DNA of 64,000 nt from Eledone cirrhosa (GCA_964016885.1 OZ024749.1:10292001-10356000), one strand, 5' to 3'. Shown: positions 13,726-27,505, numbered from the stretch's first letter. Notes: a model not told the origin generated them from the sequence alone. Numbers and translations: made by a program.

Positions 13726-13860
13726 ATATATATATATAATGTAGAAGGTGAGTAATATTGTAGAACAATAAAACTATGCATTTATCAGATAAGTAGCACT
13801 CAACAGTTGGTAGAGTATATATTAAAGAAGAAATTAAAAGATGGTTAAAAAAGTTCCATA

Positions 13861-13930
13861 TATTTTATTATGCGCATTTCGAAAACAACATCATCCTGGG
13901 ACAAAAGTTGTGTTCTCATCAGATAAAATA
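13861..13930 (-). ncRNA. Minimal type-I hammerhead ribozyme motif
   Basis: Minus strand: TATTTTAT-CTGATGA-GAACACAAC..GTTGTTTTC-GAAA-T(GCGC)A-TA-ATAAAATA. Perfect 8-bp stem I, palindromic loop III, AUA site. Confidence 0.85.
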
Positions 13931-14204
13931 AGGTAACATGATATGAGGCCTAAAAACACTTGTCAACAGGAAAGTACAAAACCTACATGTAGGTTTTTCA
14001 AAATGCGCATAATAAAATATATGGAACTTCTTTAACCATCTTTTAATTTCTTCATATATATATATATATATAGGATGTTCCCTAAAAATGTATACACAAC
14101 ATTCTAATATATATATCGCCTGTACAGGTAATCAAAGTATGTATGCATTTTTCGGGGACACGTGTCCACATATATAGAGGTAGTTAATGTAAAAATTTAC
14201 CGCA

Positions 14205-14245
<41 letters not shown>

Positions 14246-14370
14246 AGTTTTATTTAAATTGTTGGGTTACAATGAGTAAATATTTATAACTGATATAAAA
14301 GCACTCAACAAGTATTTGGAGTATATTTACGATATTAAATAAATGGAAACTATATTTATAAAACCATATT

Positions 14371-14436
14371 TATTTCATTATATATATTTCAGGGATATCA
14401 TATTAAAAATATGGTATGCCTTCATCAGACAAAATA
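14371..14436 (-). ncRNA. Minimal hammerhead, left arm of a fold-back element
   Basis: Minus: TATTTTGT-CTGATGA-AGGCATACCATATT.AATATGATATCCCT-GAAA-T(ATAT)A-TA-ATGAAATA. Confidence 0.8.
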
Positions 14437-14609
14437 CAATATAAACAGTCTTATAAATAGATAGATTTGACATACCTTACACTTCAACTTCCATTTAAAA
14501 CTTCCATTTACACTTCAACTTCCATTTAAAACTACCAAATCAACTTTTTAAATGGAAGTTGAAGTGTAAGGTATGTCAAATCTATCTATTTATAAGACTG
14601 TTTATATTG

Positions 14610-14675
14610 TATTTTGTCTGATGAAGGCATACCATATTTTTAATATGATATCTCCGAAATATATATAATGAAATA
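14610..14675 (+). ncRNA. Minimal hammerhead, right arm of the same fold-back element
   Basis: tattttgt ctgatga aggcatacc..atatctcc gaaa tatata ta atgaaata. Confidence 0.75.
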
Positions 14676-14716
14676 AATATGGTTTTATAAATATAGTTTC
14701 CATTTATTTAACATCG

Positions 14717-14749
<33 letters not shown>

Positions 14750-15171
14750 TACATTAACCACCTGTTTCGGTCGTGTAGAAATTTTATTTTTTCCGTCCGA
14801 GTGTTTTCAACAAATCTTACTTCCAAGGTAGAATATTAAAAAAAACAACATTCAAATCACCTTGTTTGACAGAGAGCCAGATACTCATATAATTAAAAAT
14901 ATAAAGTGATTTCGAAGTAAACGAACTAATAACATATGTCTGGCGCAGTGTTAAGAAAACAGCGAGTGTTAGCCCACCCTGCTCTCATGGAACTTAAAAA
15001 CCAATAATTAAAGATGGTTTTTAAGGTCAGATTCGTTCAAAACACTAAAAAATGTAACGAAAACACCGAAGTTCGGAAACTCCGAGGTTCTCCACGCCCT
15101 CCCCACCCGTTATCTGAAAAACAAGACATTTCCGATGGGGTTTATGTAAAAATTTGAGTATAGTATATGTA

Positions 15172-15204
<33 letters not shown>

Positions 15205-15394
15205 TAGTTCTTTCGTTGTTTTTGGTATTGTATGGTTGGGTTTTGCCTACCGCAATTTTCAATTTGTCAAGCTTTTAAACGTAATGTTATTACTTTAAGG
15301 ACCTACCCTTATTGAGTGCTTTGCTACTCATTTCTTATTTTAGGTCGACTTTGCTTGGACACAGCCAAAGCTTCGATTTTACTAAGCTTCCACT

Positions 15395-15447
<53 letters not shown>

Positions 15448-16866
15448 CGAAAGAAATGTGGTAAGGAACCAGATGGACCATAACGCACCAAAGTTCTCAA
15501 TACTTAGGGTAGTAGAGTGGGTAATAGGAACAAGTAGGACCCCGACGGCAGAGCTCAAGCCGTTTCGACGGCTAATTCTGGACATTAATATATATATGTA
15601 TACACACATACATATGTATAATCGTTTAGGGAGTTTGTCATGTCAAGCACTCAGCTGAAGAGTCCTCCCAACCCTTTTGTCAAACTTTCTATGACTAGAT
15701 TCTCTTCCTATCACCAACCACTTTACAGCGTGTACTGGGTGCCATTGACACAATTAAAGGGTTCTCTCAACCCTTAGTTTCTATGGCTGGATGCCCTTCC
15801 TATCACCAACCACCTTACACTAGAGAAATTGTTCTGCCATTGATACAACTGAGTGGTCTTCTCAAACCTTTTAGGCGTAGGTTTCTACAGTGGGATACCC
15901 TCCCTATCACCAACCACCTTACAGGGTGGTCCAGGTGTATTTTGTGGGGATTGGGTAGGGAAGGAGATGAGAGATAAGTATGAGTGTGGTGATTTGATAG
16001 TGATGAATAAGGGAAGGGGAATTAGTGGTGGAGGGGTGTGGTCATTAGTTTGTGGTAATGATGGAGAAATAACTAAGAGGTGTTTGATAGTATAGGGAAA
16101 GAAGGGATGTGATGTTGGATGGTATGGTTAATAGCAAGGGTGGGGTGGAGCCGTGTGGTGATGAGAAAATAACTAGGGGGCGCACAGGGATAGAGAGGCT
16201 ACTTAAGAGCTTTAGAGGTGAGAGTAGCTAATGAGTGGTACTTGAGGGTATTAATCCTTATTCTTTTAGACTGTGTGTCTTTAAAGACAAGCATACACTT
16301 TGGGCACCTTCATTAAGGAGTACATCCAAGGGGCTGGAGCACTACCACAAGTGTATTGAAGCCAGAAAATCCTACTTTGAAAGAGATTAGAGTTTTGTAC
16401 TTCTTTGAAATTAATAAATGTCTCTCCTGAAGAAGTCTCAATTTCCTGAATTCACCTTGTATATATGAAAAACAGTTCTAGTCCTGTAGAAGCCATTTCT
16501 ATATTAAACATGATATTCACACTCTACTAATGTATTGAGTACTTTACTGTCGTTACCCCCGATTGAACCTGGAACTCATTATTCCCTGAGATTGTTTCAT
16601 GTGTTTATTTTATATATATATGTGTCAATCTATTTCTAGTTGATATATATATATATGATGATGATGATGAGATATATATATATAGCCGTTTCGATGGCTA
16701 TTTCTAGTCCAGAAATAGCCATCGAAACGGCTTGAGCTCTGCCGTCGGGGTCATACATTTTCCTATTACCCACTCTACTGCGTTATGGTCCATCTGGTTC
16801 CTTACCACAACTCCTTCGTTATATATATATATATATTAATGTTGCTCTTTGTTTTTGTTCTCACAG

Positions 16867-16972
16867 TTCTGTGAAAGCAGGTTTTACTAATGGTTTGAGC
16901 TATGGCACTGAAAAAGGACAAAAAGAGGGTCGCCAATTTGGATATTCCATGGGATGCAGTATTGGAAATGAG
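16867..16972 (+). CDS. LTO1: LTO1 exon 2
   Basis: tcacag| (S)SVKAGFTNGLSYGTEKGQKEGRQFGYSMGCSIGNE |gtaggc; GxxxG repeat typical of Yae1/Lto1; phase consistent with exon 1. Confidence 0.92.
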
Positions 16973-17571
16973 GTAGGCAGTTGTTTTAATCCTTTTCTCA
17001 CCGTATCATGGTGATACACATGGCCAGGGTGGTTTTTAGAACTGGATGATACTCTTTTAGTCATCTCTTGTGATATGCATGGGGTACGGTGTGCCTATAT
17101 GAAAAACCGAGACACATGTGGAGCAATAAATACAAAACCTCCATTAAATTCTTAGTTATCAATGGAGCAGTAGAGATGATTGCTGAGTTAGACCTGATGA
17201 AAGGGCTCCAGGAACTAAACTTAACACAAGGTTTTTCAAATATTTTAATTTCCAAAATAATCTAGAATTATGAAACATTTAGTGAAGCAAATTAATTATT
17301 ATTACTTAGAGGTAAATATCTTATATTATGTAAAACACGTCAAGTGGCATGTATTTGGTTGATGAATGAAGTGGCTATAATGTCAACTTGCGTCAGGAAA
17401 CTGAGTATCCTAGTACAGTATATTGCTATAGGTTTTATATTATAAACATACACGTGGTAAGCACTCTGAGACAGGTTTTGTTCCTTAAAAGTTCATTCCA
17501 TACTTCATTGAGTATGTAATGTTGTAAGCAAGATTATAGTTGATACTGTAACCTCGTCAACATATATATAT

Positions 17572-17806
17572 ATTTCGTTTCTGAATTTGTTTAGCAAGAT
17601 TCTTTATCTGAAAATGTGTGTTGAAACAGATATTGTTATACTTTGGGAGGGTCATGTTGCTAATAAGAAACACACGCACCAGTTGCTTTCACTCCAATTT
17701 ATTATAAATTAAATTATAAATTTTAAAATTTTTAATAAATTGGAGTGAAAGCAACTGGTGCGTGTGTTTCTTATTGGCAACATGACCCTCCCAAAGTATA
17801 ACAATA
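17572..17806. mobile_element. Fold-back element family (copies 28492-28615, 36660-37115)
   Basis: Inverted arms tattgttatactttgggagggtcatgttgc..ccaattt; (TA)n flanks. Confidence 0.7.
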
Positions 17807-19097
17807 TATATATATATATTATATTATATATATGTCAGGTCACTCTCGAGTGCTACTAGTAACATGTAATACAGTATAACCTGTCTCATGGTCGGGTCGT
17901 CGGCAACCCCACCAAGCTTGCTTGGTGAGGAGGGTGATATTTGGACACCCTGTTGAATGAAGTACAAGACTTGGCAAAAGGTGGAGCAACTCAGCAGAGT
18001 CAAGGGCCATCCAAATAGTATTTTTTCTTTTTTTTATATGTAGAAGTTAAACTCCAAGGCATAAAAAGCTGAGGGCTGTCGTATTTTCCGTGGCAAACAT
18101 TTGCACCAAAGACATATGTCGTCAGTTCCAAAAAGTGTGGTTGGTCCTACACAAGACTTCACCACTTAAAACAAAACTTTGTGTGGGTAGTTCAACATCA
18201 GTTCACTTTCTCACATTTCCGCCAGTCTTTTGCAACGGGCCTTGATATCTGCAAAACTCTCCATAAACTCTTGCTCTTGCAACCTATGTGGCTTGGTCTG
18301 TGGGTCACTGGCGGGATTGAAATGTCACATGAGACACTGCCATCCAGAGAGCTGAACTTTTGTTGGACACTCATACATCGGATATCGACGAGAGAGTCCA
18401 TCATATATATATATCATCACCATCACCGTTTTACGTCCATTCTTCCACGCTAGCATGGGTTAGACGGGTTGTCCTGTTGTGGGCAGTGTCCAGTCGGCTG
18501 ACTTTGTCTTGCTCATACGGAAAATGATTCTGGCTTGATTTCTACAGCTGGATGCCCTTCCTAACACCAACCTCATTTACAGTGAGTGCTGGGTGCTTTT
18601 TTGCGGTGGCACCTCCACAACCATTTTGCAGTGGGAAGGTGTGGGGGCATATTGTCTATATGCTTCAACTTCGGCTTGTACCTGTGGGGGGGGGGGGGGG
18701 GGGGGGTCGGGTCTTCTATATTACTGCGTGACGCCAGAGGTCACGGTCGTGTAATATATAATTAATTACAACAGTGACATATACAGGCTGTATATGCCAC
18801 TGTTTTAACTAATTATATTTAACTCATCCTATGGACTGAGTGCTCTTACCCTTGGATATATCTGCCAAACTTATATTACTGTATACACACACACACACAG
18901 TAAAAGTGGTTGGTGTTGGAAAGGGCATCCAGCCATAGAAGCCAAGCCAAAATCAGTTCTGTATAAGTGAAACACGCTCCTTCGACCTAGAATTCTCCCA
19001 ATGGGACAGCCTGTCGTACCCATGCTCGCATGGAAAATGGACATTAAACAATGATGATGATGTACAAGCAAAGATGTAATGTTATTTACTCTTACAG

Positions 19098-19168
19098 GTT
19101 GGTTTCATAAAAGGCTTCATTTCTACATGGCTGATATTACTTGAGGAAACTCCTGATACTAAACAAAG
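19098..19168 (+). CDS. LTO1: LTO1 exon 3
   Basis: cttacag| VGFIKGFISTWLILLEETPDTKQ-AG |gtaagt; completes the EiGfykGf..aW motif. Confidence 0.92.
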
Positions 19169-19999
19169 GTAAGTACTAAACCTTAGTTGACAATCTAATA
19201 ATTGTTTCTACTTTAGGCACAAGGCCAGCAAATACCCAGTACATTACTGGTACTTTATTTTATCTACCCCGTAAGGATGAAAGGCAAAGTTAACCTCGGC
19301 GGGATTTGAACTCAGATCGTAAAGGGACAGTACAATGCTGAAAAGCATGTCTGACCCTCTACCGATACTGCCAATTCACCGCCCAGAGTTTAGTAGTCGT
19401 TATTAGTTGACAATCTAATAACGACTACTAAACTCTACTACTATCTACTATTATATTATTTATTGATAATTTCTCTTATTTTCCTCATTTGTACATTCAA
19501 ACATCTACACACACACACACACACACACACAATATATATGTATATATATAAACGTAATGAAGACATAACAAATCATGTTTTTATTATTATATTTACTCTC
19601 TGTTTAGTCCTACAGCTCGTTACAGATGTATCAAGTGCTTACCTGGGTGAACCTATAGCGATTAATTGTTGGTAGTGGATTGTGTTGTGATGTTGATTCG
19701 TTTGTTGTGTGTGTAGTCACTGTTGTGTGAGACAGTGTAACCAGAGGTTGTATGTGTGCAGTTAAGTAAGTGTTCAATAAGATTATGATGATATGATAGT
19801 TCTTTGATCATGCAGAAACTGAATATATATAAATGAACCACGATGATACCAAACCGCTATATTATTAATTTATTGAAAATAACTCACGCCGGAGTTATAC
19901 TAAAAATGCACAGGAATTATGTTATTTGATTGTTTGTAAAAGTAGAGTTAAATTGTATTTACCAAGAAAACTTCATGAACTTCACTGGTTTGGTTAAGA

Positions 20000-22900
20000 G
20001 TGAGACCAAGAGAGAGAGATGGAGTGAGAGAGAGGGAGTAAGAGATAGAGATGGAGTGAGAGAGAGGGAGTAAGAGATAGAGATGGAGTGAGAGAGAGGG
20101 AGTAAGAGATAGTGATGGAGTGAAAGAGAGAGACCAAGAGATAGAGATGGAGTGAAAGAGAGAGATGGAGTGAGAGATAGAGATGGAGTGAAAGAGAGAG
20201 ATGGGGTGAGAGATAGAGATGGAGTGAAAGAGAGAGTAAGAGATAGAGATGGAGTGAAAGAGAGAGAGTAAGAGATAGAGATGGAGTGAAAGAGAGAGTA
20301 AGAGATAGAGATGGAGTGAGAGAGAGAGATGGAGTGAAAGAGAGAGAGAGTGAGAGATAGAGATGGAATGAAAGAGAGAGAGAGTGAGAGATGGAGTGAA
20401 AGAGAGAGAGTAAGAGATAGAGATGTAGTGAAAGAGAGAGAGTAAGAAGTAGAGATGGAGTGAAAGAGAGAGAGAGTAAGAGATAGAGATGGAGTGAAAG
20501 AGAGAGAGTAAGAGATAGAGAGAGAGTAAGAAGTAGAGATGGAGTGAAAGAGAGAGAGTAAGAGATAGAGATGGAGTGAAAGAGAGAGAGTAAGAAGTAG
20601 AGATGGAGTGAAAGAGAGAGTAAGGGGTAGAGATGGAGTGAAAGAGAGAGAGATGGAGTGAAAGAGAGAGGGTAAGAAGTAGAGATGGAGTGAAAGAGAT
20701 AGAGATGTAGTAAAAGAGAGAGAGTAAGAAGTAGAGATGGAGTGAAAGAGAGAGAGTAAGAGATAGAGATGTAGTGAAAGAGAGAGAGTAAGAGGTAGAG
20801 ATGGAGTGAAAGAGAGAGAGTAAGAGATAGAGATGGAGTAAAAGAGAGAGTAAGAGATAGAGATGGAGTGAAAGAGAGAGAGTAAGAGATAGAGATGTAG
20901 TGAAAGAGAGAGAGTAAGAGATAGAGATGTAGTGAAAGAGAGAGTTAGAGATAGAGATGTAGTGAAAGAGAGAGAGTGAGAGATAGAGATGGAGTGAAAG
21001 AGAGAGAGTGAGAGATAGAGATGGAGTAAAAGAGAGAGAGAGTAAGAGATAGAGAGAGAGGGAGTAAGAGATAGAGATGGAGTGAAAGAGAGAGACCAAG
21101 AGATAGAGATGGAGTGAAAGAGAGAGATGGAGTGAGAGATAGAGATGGAGTAAAAGAGAGAGAGTAAGAGATAGAGATGGAGTGAAAGAGAGAGTAAGAG
21201 ATAGAGATGTAGTGAAAGAGAGAGAGTAAGAGATAGAGATGGAGTGAAAGAGAGAGAGTAAGAGATAGAGATGTAGTGAAAGAGAGAGAGTAAGAGATAG
21301 AGATGGAGTGAAAGAGAGAGAGATGTAGTGAAAGAGAGAGAGTAAGAGATAGAGATGTAGTGAAAGAGAGAGAGTTAGAGATAGAGATGGAGTAAAAGAG
21401 AGAGTAAGAGATAGAGATGGAGTAAAAGAGAGAGAGTAAGAGATAGAGATGGAGAGAAAGAGTAAGAGATAGAGATGTAGTGAAAGAGAGAGAGTGAGAG
21501 ATAGAGATGTAGTGAAAGAGAGAGAGTAAGAGATAGAGATGTAGTGAAAGAGAGAGAGTAAGAGATAGAGATGGAGTGAAAGAGAGAGTAAGAGATAGAG
21601 ATGTAGTGAAAGAGAGAGAGAGATAGAGATGGAGTGAGAGAGAGAGAGTAAGAGATAGAGATGTAGTGAAAGAGAGAGAGTAAGAGATAGAGATGTAGTG
21701 AAAGAGAGAGAGTAAGAGATAGAGATGGAGTGAAAGAGAGAGTAAGAGATAGAGATGTAGTGAAAGAGAGAGAGAGATAGAGATGGAGTGAGAGAGAGAG
21801 AGTAAGAGATAAAGATGGAGTGAAAGAGAGAGAGTAAGAGATAGAGATGGAGTGAAAGAGAGAGAGTAAGAAGTAGAGATGGAGTGAAAGAGAGAGTAAG
21901 AGGTAGAGATAGTGTGAAAGAGAGAGAGTAAGAGATAGAGATGGAGTGAAAGAGAGAGAGTAAGAAGTAGAGATGTAGTAAAAGAGAGAGAGTAAGAAGT
22001 AGAGATGGAGTGAAAGAGAGAGAGTAAGAGATAGAGATGTAGTGAAAGAGAGAGAGTAAGAGGTAGAGATGGAGTGAAAGAGAGAGTAAGAGATAGAGAT
22101 GTAGTGAAAGAGAGAGAGTAAGAGATAGAGATGTAGTGAAAGAGAGAGAGTAAGAGATAGAGATGTAGTGAAAGAGAGAGAGTTAGAGATAGAGATGTAG
22201 TGAAAGAGAGAGAGTGAGAGATAGAGATGGAGTGAAAGAGAGAGAGTGAGAGATAGAGATGGAGTAAAAGAGAGAGAGAGTAAGAGATAGAGATGGAGTG
22301 AAAGAGAGAGAGTAAGAGATAGAGATGTAGTGAAAGAGAGAGAGTAAGAGATAGAGATGTAGTGAAAGAGAGAGAGTAAGAGATAGAGATGTAGTGAAAG
22401 AAAGAGAGTTAGAGATAGAGATGGAGTAAAAGAGAGAGAGTAAGAGATAGAGATGGAGAGAAAGAGTAAGAGATAGAGATGTAGTGAAAGAGAGAGAGTG
22501 AGAGATAGAGATGTAGTGAAAGAGAGAGAGTAAGAGATAGAGATGTAGTGAAAGAGAGAGAGTAAGAGATAGAGATGGAGTGAAAGAGAGAGTAAGAGAT
22601 AGAGATGTAGTGAAAGAGAGAGAGAGATAGAGATGGAGTGAGAGAGAGAGAGTAAGAGATAGAGATGTAGTGAAAGAGAGAGAGTAAGAGATAGAGATGT
22701 AGTGAAAGAGAGAGAGTAAGAGATAGAGATGGAGTGAAAGAGAGAGAGTAAGAGATAGAGATGTAGTGAAAGAGAGAGAGAGATAGAGATGGAGTGAGAG
22801 AGAGAGAGTAAGAGATAGAGATGGAGTGAAAAAGGGAGAGATGTAGTGAAAGAGAGAGAGTAAGAGATAGAGATGTAGTGAAAGAGATAGAGATGTAGTG

Positions 22901-23482
22901 AAAGAGAGAGAGAGATAGAGATGGAGTGAGAGAGAGAGAGTAAGAGATAGAGATGTAGTGAAAGAGAGAGAGTAAGAGATAGAGATGGAGTGAAAGAGAG
23001 AGAGTAAGAGATAGAGATGTAGTGAAAGAGAGAGAGTAAGAGATAGAGATGGAGTGAAAGAGAGAGAGTAAGAAGTAGAGATGGAGTGAAAGAGAGAGTA
23101 AGAGGTAGAGATGGAGTGAAAGAGAGAGTAAGAGATAGAGATGGAGTGAAAGAGAGAGAGTAAGAGATAGAGATGGAGTGAAAGAGAGAGATGGAGAGAG
23201 GGTGAGAGATAGAGATGGAGTGAAAGAGAGAGATGGAGAGAGGGTGAGAGATAGAGATGGAGTGAAAGAGAGAGTAAAAGATAGAGATGGAGAGAGGGTG
23301 AGAGATAGAGATGGAGTGAAAGAGAGTGAGTGAGAGATAGAGATGGAGTGAAAGAGAGAGTAAGAGATAGAGATGGAGTGAAAGAGAGAGTAAGAGATAG
23401 AGATGTAGTGAAAGAGAGAGATAGAGATGGAGTGAAAGAGAGAGAGTAAGAGATAGAGATGGAGTGAAAGAGAGAGACCAAG
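20000..23482. repeat. 3.5-kb purine-rich minisatellite (~32-34 bp unit GAGTAAGAGATAGAGATG[GT]AGTGAAAGAGAGA)
   Basis: Direct tandem repetition with almost no C on the + strand; inside LTO1 intron 3. Confidence 0.97.
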
Positions 23483-24309
23483 AGGCTGTAAAATCCCAAG
23501 GGCTCTGTAGAAATGTATATCAACTCCCTGTCTGTTGTTGGTGATAGTAGTTGAAGCGATGACCCGAGTTGCTGTTGCTGGTCGAAGGGGTCACGATGAC
23601 TAGGTCTGGATGGCGTGGAAGTTCTGCGGCGACTGACAAAGTTGTTGGAGCTTCTTCATACTTAGGCAGAAGTGACGTCACTAAAGCTTTGTGCATGTAT
23701 CCACTACATACCTACATTAACTGCACATTACACTCCCTGGATATATATATATATAGAGAGAGAGAGAAGTAGTTCTCTGAGGAAATGGTTTACTAACCCT
23801 ATATATATAAGATTCTTTGTCTTTCTGTCTATCTGTCTTTTCTTTATGCATTCCCAAACGGCTCGACCAAATCAAATTAAATTTTACAAGGTAATAAATA
23901 GTATTAGACCCCAAGAATAACAACATATAACTATTATTTTCATTTGGATTAAAACAATATAACACTTTATCTAAAATAATCTACTATAGACAACTAAGTA
24001 AATGAATATTTTATAACATGATGGCAACATCACATTTTTTTGTGTGTGTGTGTTTGCACGTTTGTTATGTACATTATGCCTTAGTAAGTTATACACACAT
24101 TTTCACATAAATACTTAATCAGATACACAGAGAATTTAACACACGATTTGGACGCTGGTTTACACACATGCATGCACACACACATACACATGCACAAACA
24201 CACGCGCTTGCACACACACATACACATGCACAAACACACGCGCTTGCATACACACATTTATATACAATTATTTATATCTATGTTTACATATAATATAAAA
24301 GATTTGAAC

Positions 24310-24626
24310 ATCCAATATCCTTTTGAGAAACGTGGACCCACTATTTCTATGCAATGGGACACACTTTACTGCCAGGAGGATGATGAACCATCTCCTAGAG
24401 GTCACAATTATTAGAGGCAATCATCAAGGAGAAAATGCATTTATTCCCAAGATTCCTCTAATCCCTTCCTCTACCGAGCTGCCATTCAAATTCTCAAGAC
24501 TTCAGTTCCCTGTTAGAGCCAGTTTTACTATGACCATACATAAAGCTCAGGCTCAGAGTTTCAAAGTTGTAGAATTGAATACAAAAGAATCACTTTTTAC
24601 CCATGGGCAGTTATATGTAGGTTGTT
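24310..24626 (+). mobile_element. Helitron Pif1-like helicase C-terminal fragment
   Basis: FIPKIPLIPS..LPFKFSRLQFPVR.SF.MTIHKAQ.QS..V...FTHGQLYVGCS. A Helitron-like 5' end with (TGTC)n lies near 23798. Confidence 0.85.
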
Positions 24627-24755
24627 CATCATCATTGTTTAACGTCCATTTTCCATTCTTGCATGAGTTACATGGGTTGTAACCTTGTGACAAGTCAGGT
24701 CTGGAGACAATGTCTTGCTTATATGGATCTGTGTATATATATATATATATGTAAT

Positions 24756-25091
24756 GGAGGCACATGGCTTAGTGGTTAGAGCATTGGCCTTGCAATCGAA
24801 AGGTTGTGAGTTCAATTCTCAGACCGGGTGATGTGTTGTTTCCTTGAGCAAGACACTTTATTTCACATTGCTCCAGTTTACTCAGCTGTAGAAATGAGAT
24901 GATAGGGGCTGGGGTCCCTATCATTCCACTGCAAAGTGGTCGTGGAGGTGCCACGGCAAAAAAGCACCCAGCACTCACTGTAAATGAGGTTGGTGTTAGG
25001 AAGGGCATCTAGCTGTAGAAATCAAGCCAGAATCAGTTCCCGTCCCACCCTTGCAAGCAGGGAAAAGCGGACGTAAAATGAAATGATGATG
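24756..25091 (+). mobile_element. tRNA-derived CORE-type SINE with RTE-derived tail (copies 5335-5667 -, 32249-32579 -, 43493-43792 -, 54737-55113 -; partial 18415-18635, 34060-34300, 38342-38530)
   Basis: A box TGGCTTAGTGG, B box GAGTTCAATTC, CORE-like CCTTGAGCAAGACACTT..CTCAGCTGTAGAAATG; tail cccacccttgcaagcagggaaaagcggacgtaaaa(tga)n identical to the RTE 3' end. Confidence 0.85.
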
Positions 25092-25253
25092 AAAATGTAT
25101 GTACGTGTATGTACAGTAATATTCTACCTAGTTAAGGCATGACTTTTAATGCTGTTAGAATTCAATGTAGTGTGAATATAAATATCATTGAATCAAAGTG
25201 AAATCTGTTTGTGTAGAAATGTGTTATCTTATCACATGTTGTTGAATATTCAA

Positions 25254-25287
<34 letters not shown>

Positions 25288-25309
25288 CTATACATCTGCC
25301 TGTAGTTAG

Positions 25310-25342
<33 letters not shown>

Positions 25343-25559
25343 ACATGTGTATATATATATATATAACAAAGAAAGTGTAGTAAGGAACCAGGTGGACCAT
25401 AACGCACCAGAGTACTCGACAATTAGGGTAGTAGAGTGGGTAATAGGAAAAGAGTCAGGACCCCAACAGCCTGTTTCGACAGATCCGAACAGTTCGGATC
25501 TAGCTGTTGAAACGGTTGGAGCTCAGCCGTTGGGGTCCTGACTCTTTTCCTATATATAT

Positions 25560-26520
25560 GTACAGGCTATAACAAGAGTTTAAGACTGGCTGCCCATGGG
25601 AACTTCTATATGCAGACGATCTAACTCTCATAGCTGAATCTATGGCTGAACTAGAGAAGAAATTCCAAATTCTAGCATGGGCTAGAATCAAAAGGCCTTA
25701 AAGTTAACTGTAAGAAAGGAGTAGGTAGAAATTCCATTGTGTCCCAAATGCAAACTATGGGTACATAAAAGATGTAGTGGGATCACAGGTAAACTATCTA
25801 AGAAGGTAGATTTTAAATGTGGCCGATGCTCAGGTGCAGTATGTAGCAAGTACCCACTGGATACTACTAGCTCCTTCAACTGCCCAGATGGTTCTATAGA
25901 AATAGTAGACACTTTCCGTTACCTGGGTGACAAAATCAGCAGTGGAGGAAGGTGTTCTGAAAGTACAGTAGCCAGAGTTAGAACGGGATGGAAAAAGTTC
26001 AGAGAGCTAATACTGCTGTTGACCACAAAAGGTTTTTCAATAAAAATAAAAAAGCAGATTGTATGATGCTTGTATATGAACAGCAATGCTACATGGCAGT
26101 GAGACCTGGGCATTGAGTGCAGAGGATCTGTGCAGACTGGAAAGGAACGAAGCATGTATACGCCGATGGATGTGTAATAGTAATATACACAAACAGCAAA
26201 GCATAAATGAACTAAGTGAGAAATTTGGAATAAGAGGGATCAGATGCAGTTTACTTCAAAGGAGATTATGTTGGTATGGTCATGTGATGTGTATGAAGGA
26301 TGATAGCTGTATAAAAAAGTGCAGGGCGATCAAAATTGATGGAAGCTATGGAGTAGGTAGACCCAGAAACATCTGGGACAAGGTGATAAAATCTGACCTT
26401 GCATGCTTACACCTCTCTGAGACAATGTCACTGGATGGAGACCTTTGGCGCTATGCAGTAATACAGAAGACCTGCCTTCCCTTATGTACGGACTTAAACC
26501 TACAGTCAGCAGCCACCTCT
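25560..26520 (+). mobile_element. RTE LINE 3' fragment (diverged subfamily)
   Basis: ELLYADDL, WVHKRCSGI, FRYLGD, HGSETW, WYGHV, GRPR.IW. Confidence 0.88.
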
Positions 26521-26880
26521 TAACCGAATATACACCCCACCCTTTCTCCATCCCCCCACTTCCGCCCACACCACTCTTTCTCTGTAAAGTTATGTTGGTA
26601 CCACAGAACATCCAGTCCACACTAAAGTGGTTGTGTAGGTGTCACAACAAAAAGCACCTAGTCTACGCTGTAAAATGGTCATGTAGGTAACATGGTAAAG
26701 AGGCTCCCAGTCCACACTGTAAATGTCGTTGGCGTTAGGAAGGGCATCCAGCCGTAGTAAACCAGCCAGAAACGGTTTTGCACGAGCGAGATGCGGTCAC
26801 CCGACCAATCTTGCCTCAAGTGGGACAAACCTGTCTAACCCATGCTAGTGTGGAAGATGGACGTTAAACGATGATGATAT

Positions 26881-26919
<39 letters not shown>

Positions 26920-27118
26920 GATAAATCTACCAAGAGTTTACGGTAGTGTCCAATCCGTATGAAGAACTCAATGTATTCCGGATATCAAGGAAAGAAGAGA
27001 TGTAATGAATAATCACTTTCGGTGAAAGATAAACGGTATACAGAGTCAAGATAAAATATTAAACAAATAATGAATAAACAATGAAAACAGTTCCTTATAT
27101 TAAACAAAAAAAGTTCAT

Positions 27119-27262
27119 TATTTAACGATCGTTTCTAGGATATATATGTGTTAGAATTGGCATGCATATTCAACAGATCTATGTACAAAATTATACAAAA
27201 TTATACAAACTATCAAGATTAAATATACATACCAACACATATATACGCCGTCTTCAGAAATA
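27119..27262 (-). ncRNA. Hammerhead with long stem II, left arm of fold-back
   Basis: Near-exact reverse complement of 27265-27408. Confidence 0.7.
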
Positions 27263-27264
27263 AA

Positions 27265-27408
27265 TATTTCTGAAGACGGCATATATATGTGTTGGTATGT
27301 ATATTTAATCTTGATAGTTTGTATAATTTTGTATAATTTTGTACATAGATCTGTTGAATATGCATGCCAATTCTAACACATATATATCCTAGAAACGATC
27401 GTTAAATA
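27265..27408 (+). ncRNA. Hammerhead with long stem II, right arm of fold-back
   Basis: tattt-CTGAAGA-(atatatatgtgttgg..ctaacacatatatat)-GAAA-C(GATC)G-TT-aaata; GUU site, palindromic loop III. Confidence 0.7.
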
Positions 27409-27473
27409 ATGAACTTTTTTTGTTTAATATAAGGAACTGTTTTCATTGTTTATTCATTATTTGTTTAATATTT

Positions 27474-27505
<32 letters not shown>

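Larger units (their letters stand above)
14240..14720. mobile_element. (TA)n-embedded fold-back element with two outward-facing hammerheads (Penelope pLTR-like)
   Basis: About 170-bp near-perfect inverted arms, (TA)n on both sides; homologous to 56140-56575. Confidence 0.75.
26920..27475. mobile_element. (TA)n-embedded fold-back element with two hammerheads
   Basis: About 210-bp inverted arms 27052-27262 / 27264-27474 with (TA)n flanks. Confidence 0.75.

Noticed and set aside
17835-17935. Possible HDV-like ribozyme at an RTE-like 5' end
   Set aside because: Only a P3-like ACC..GGT hairpin is visible; P1 and P2 could not be assigned by eye.
19948-23523. 383-aa and 446-aa minus-strand ORFs
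   Set aside because: Translations of the CT-rich strand of a minisatellite; stop-poor by composition, no domain.
24756-24830. tRNA gene-like sequences at SINE heads
   Set aside because: A/B boxes are present but there is no complete cloverleaf, and each continues into a SINE body.
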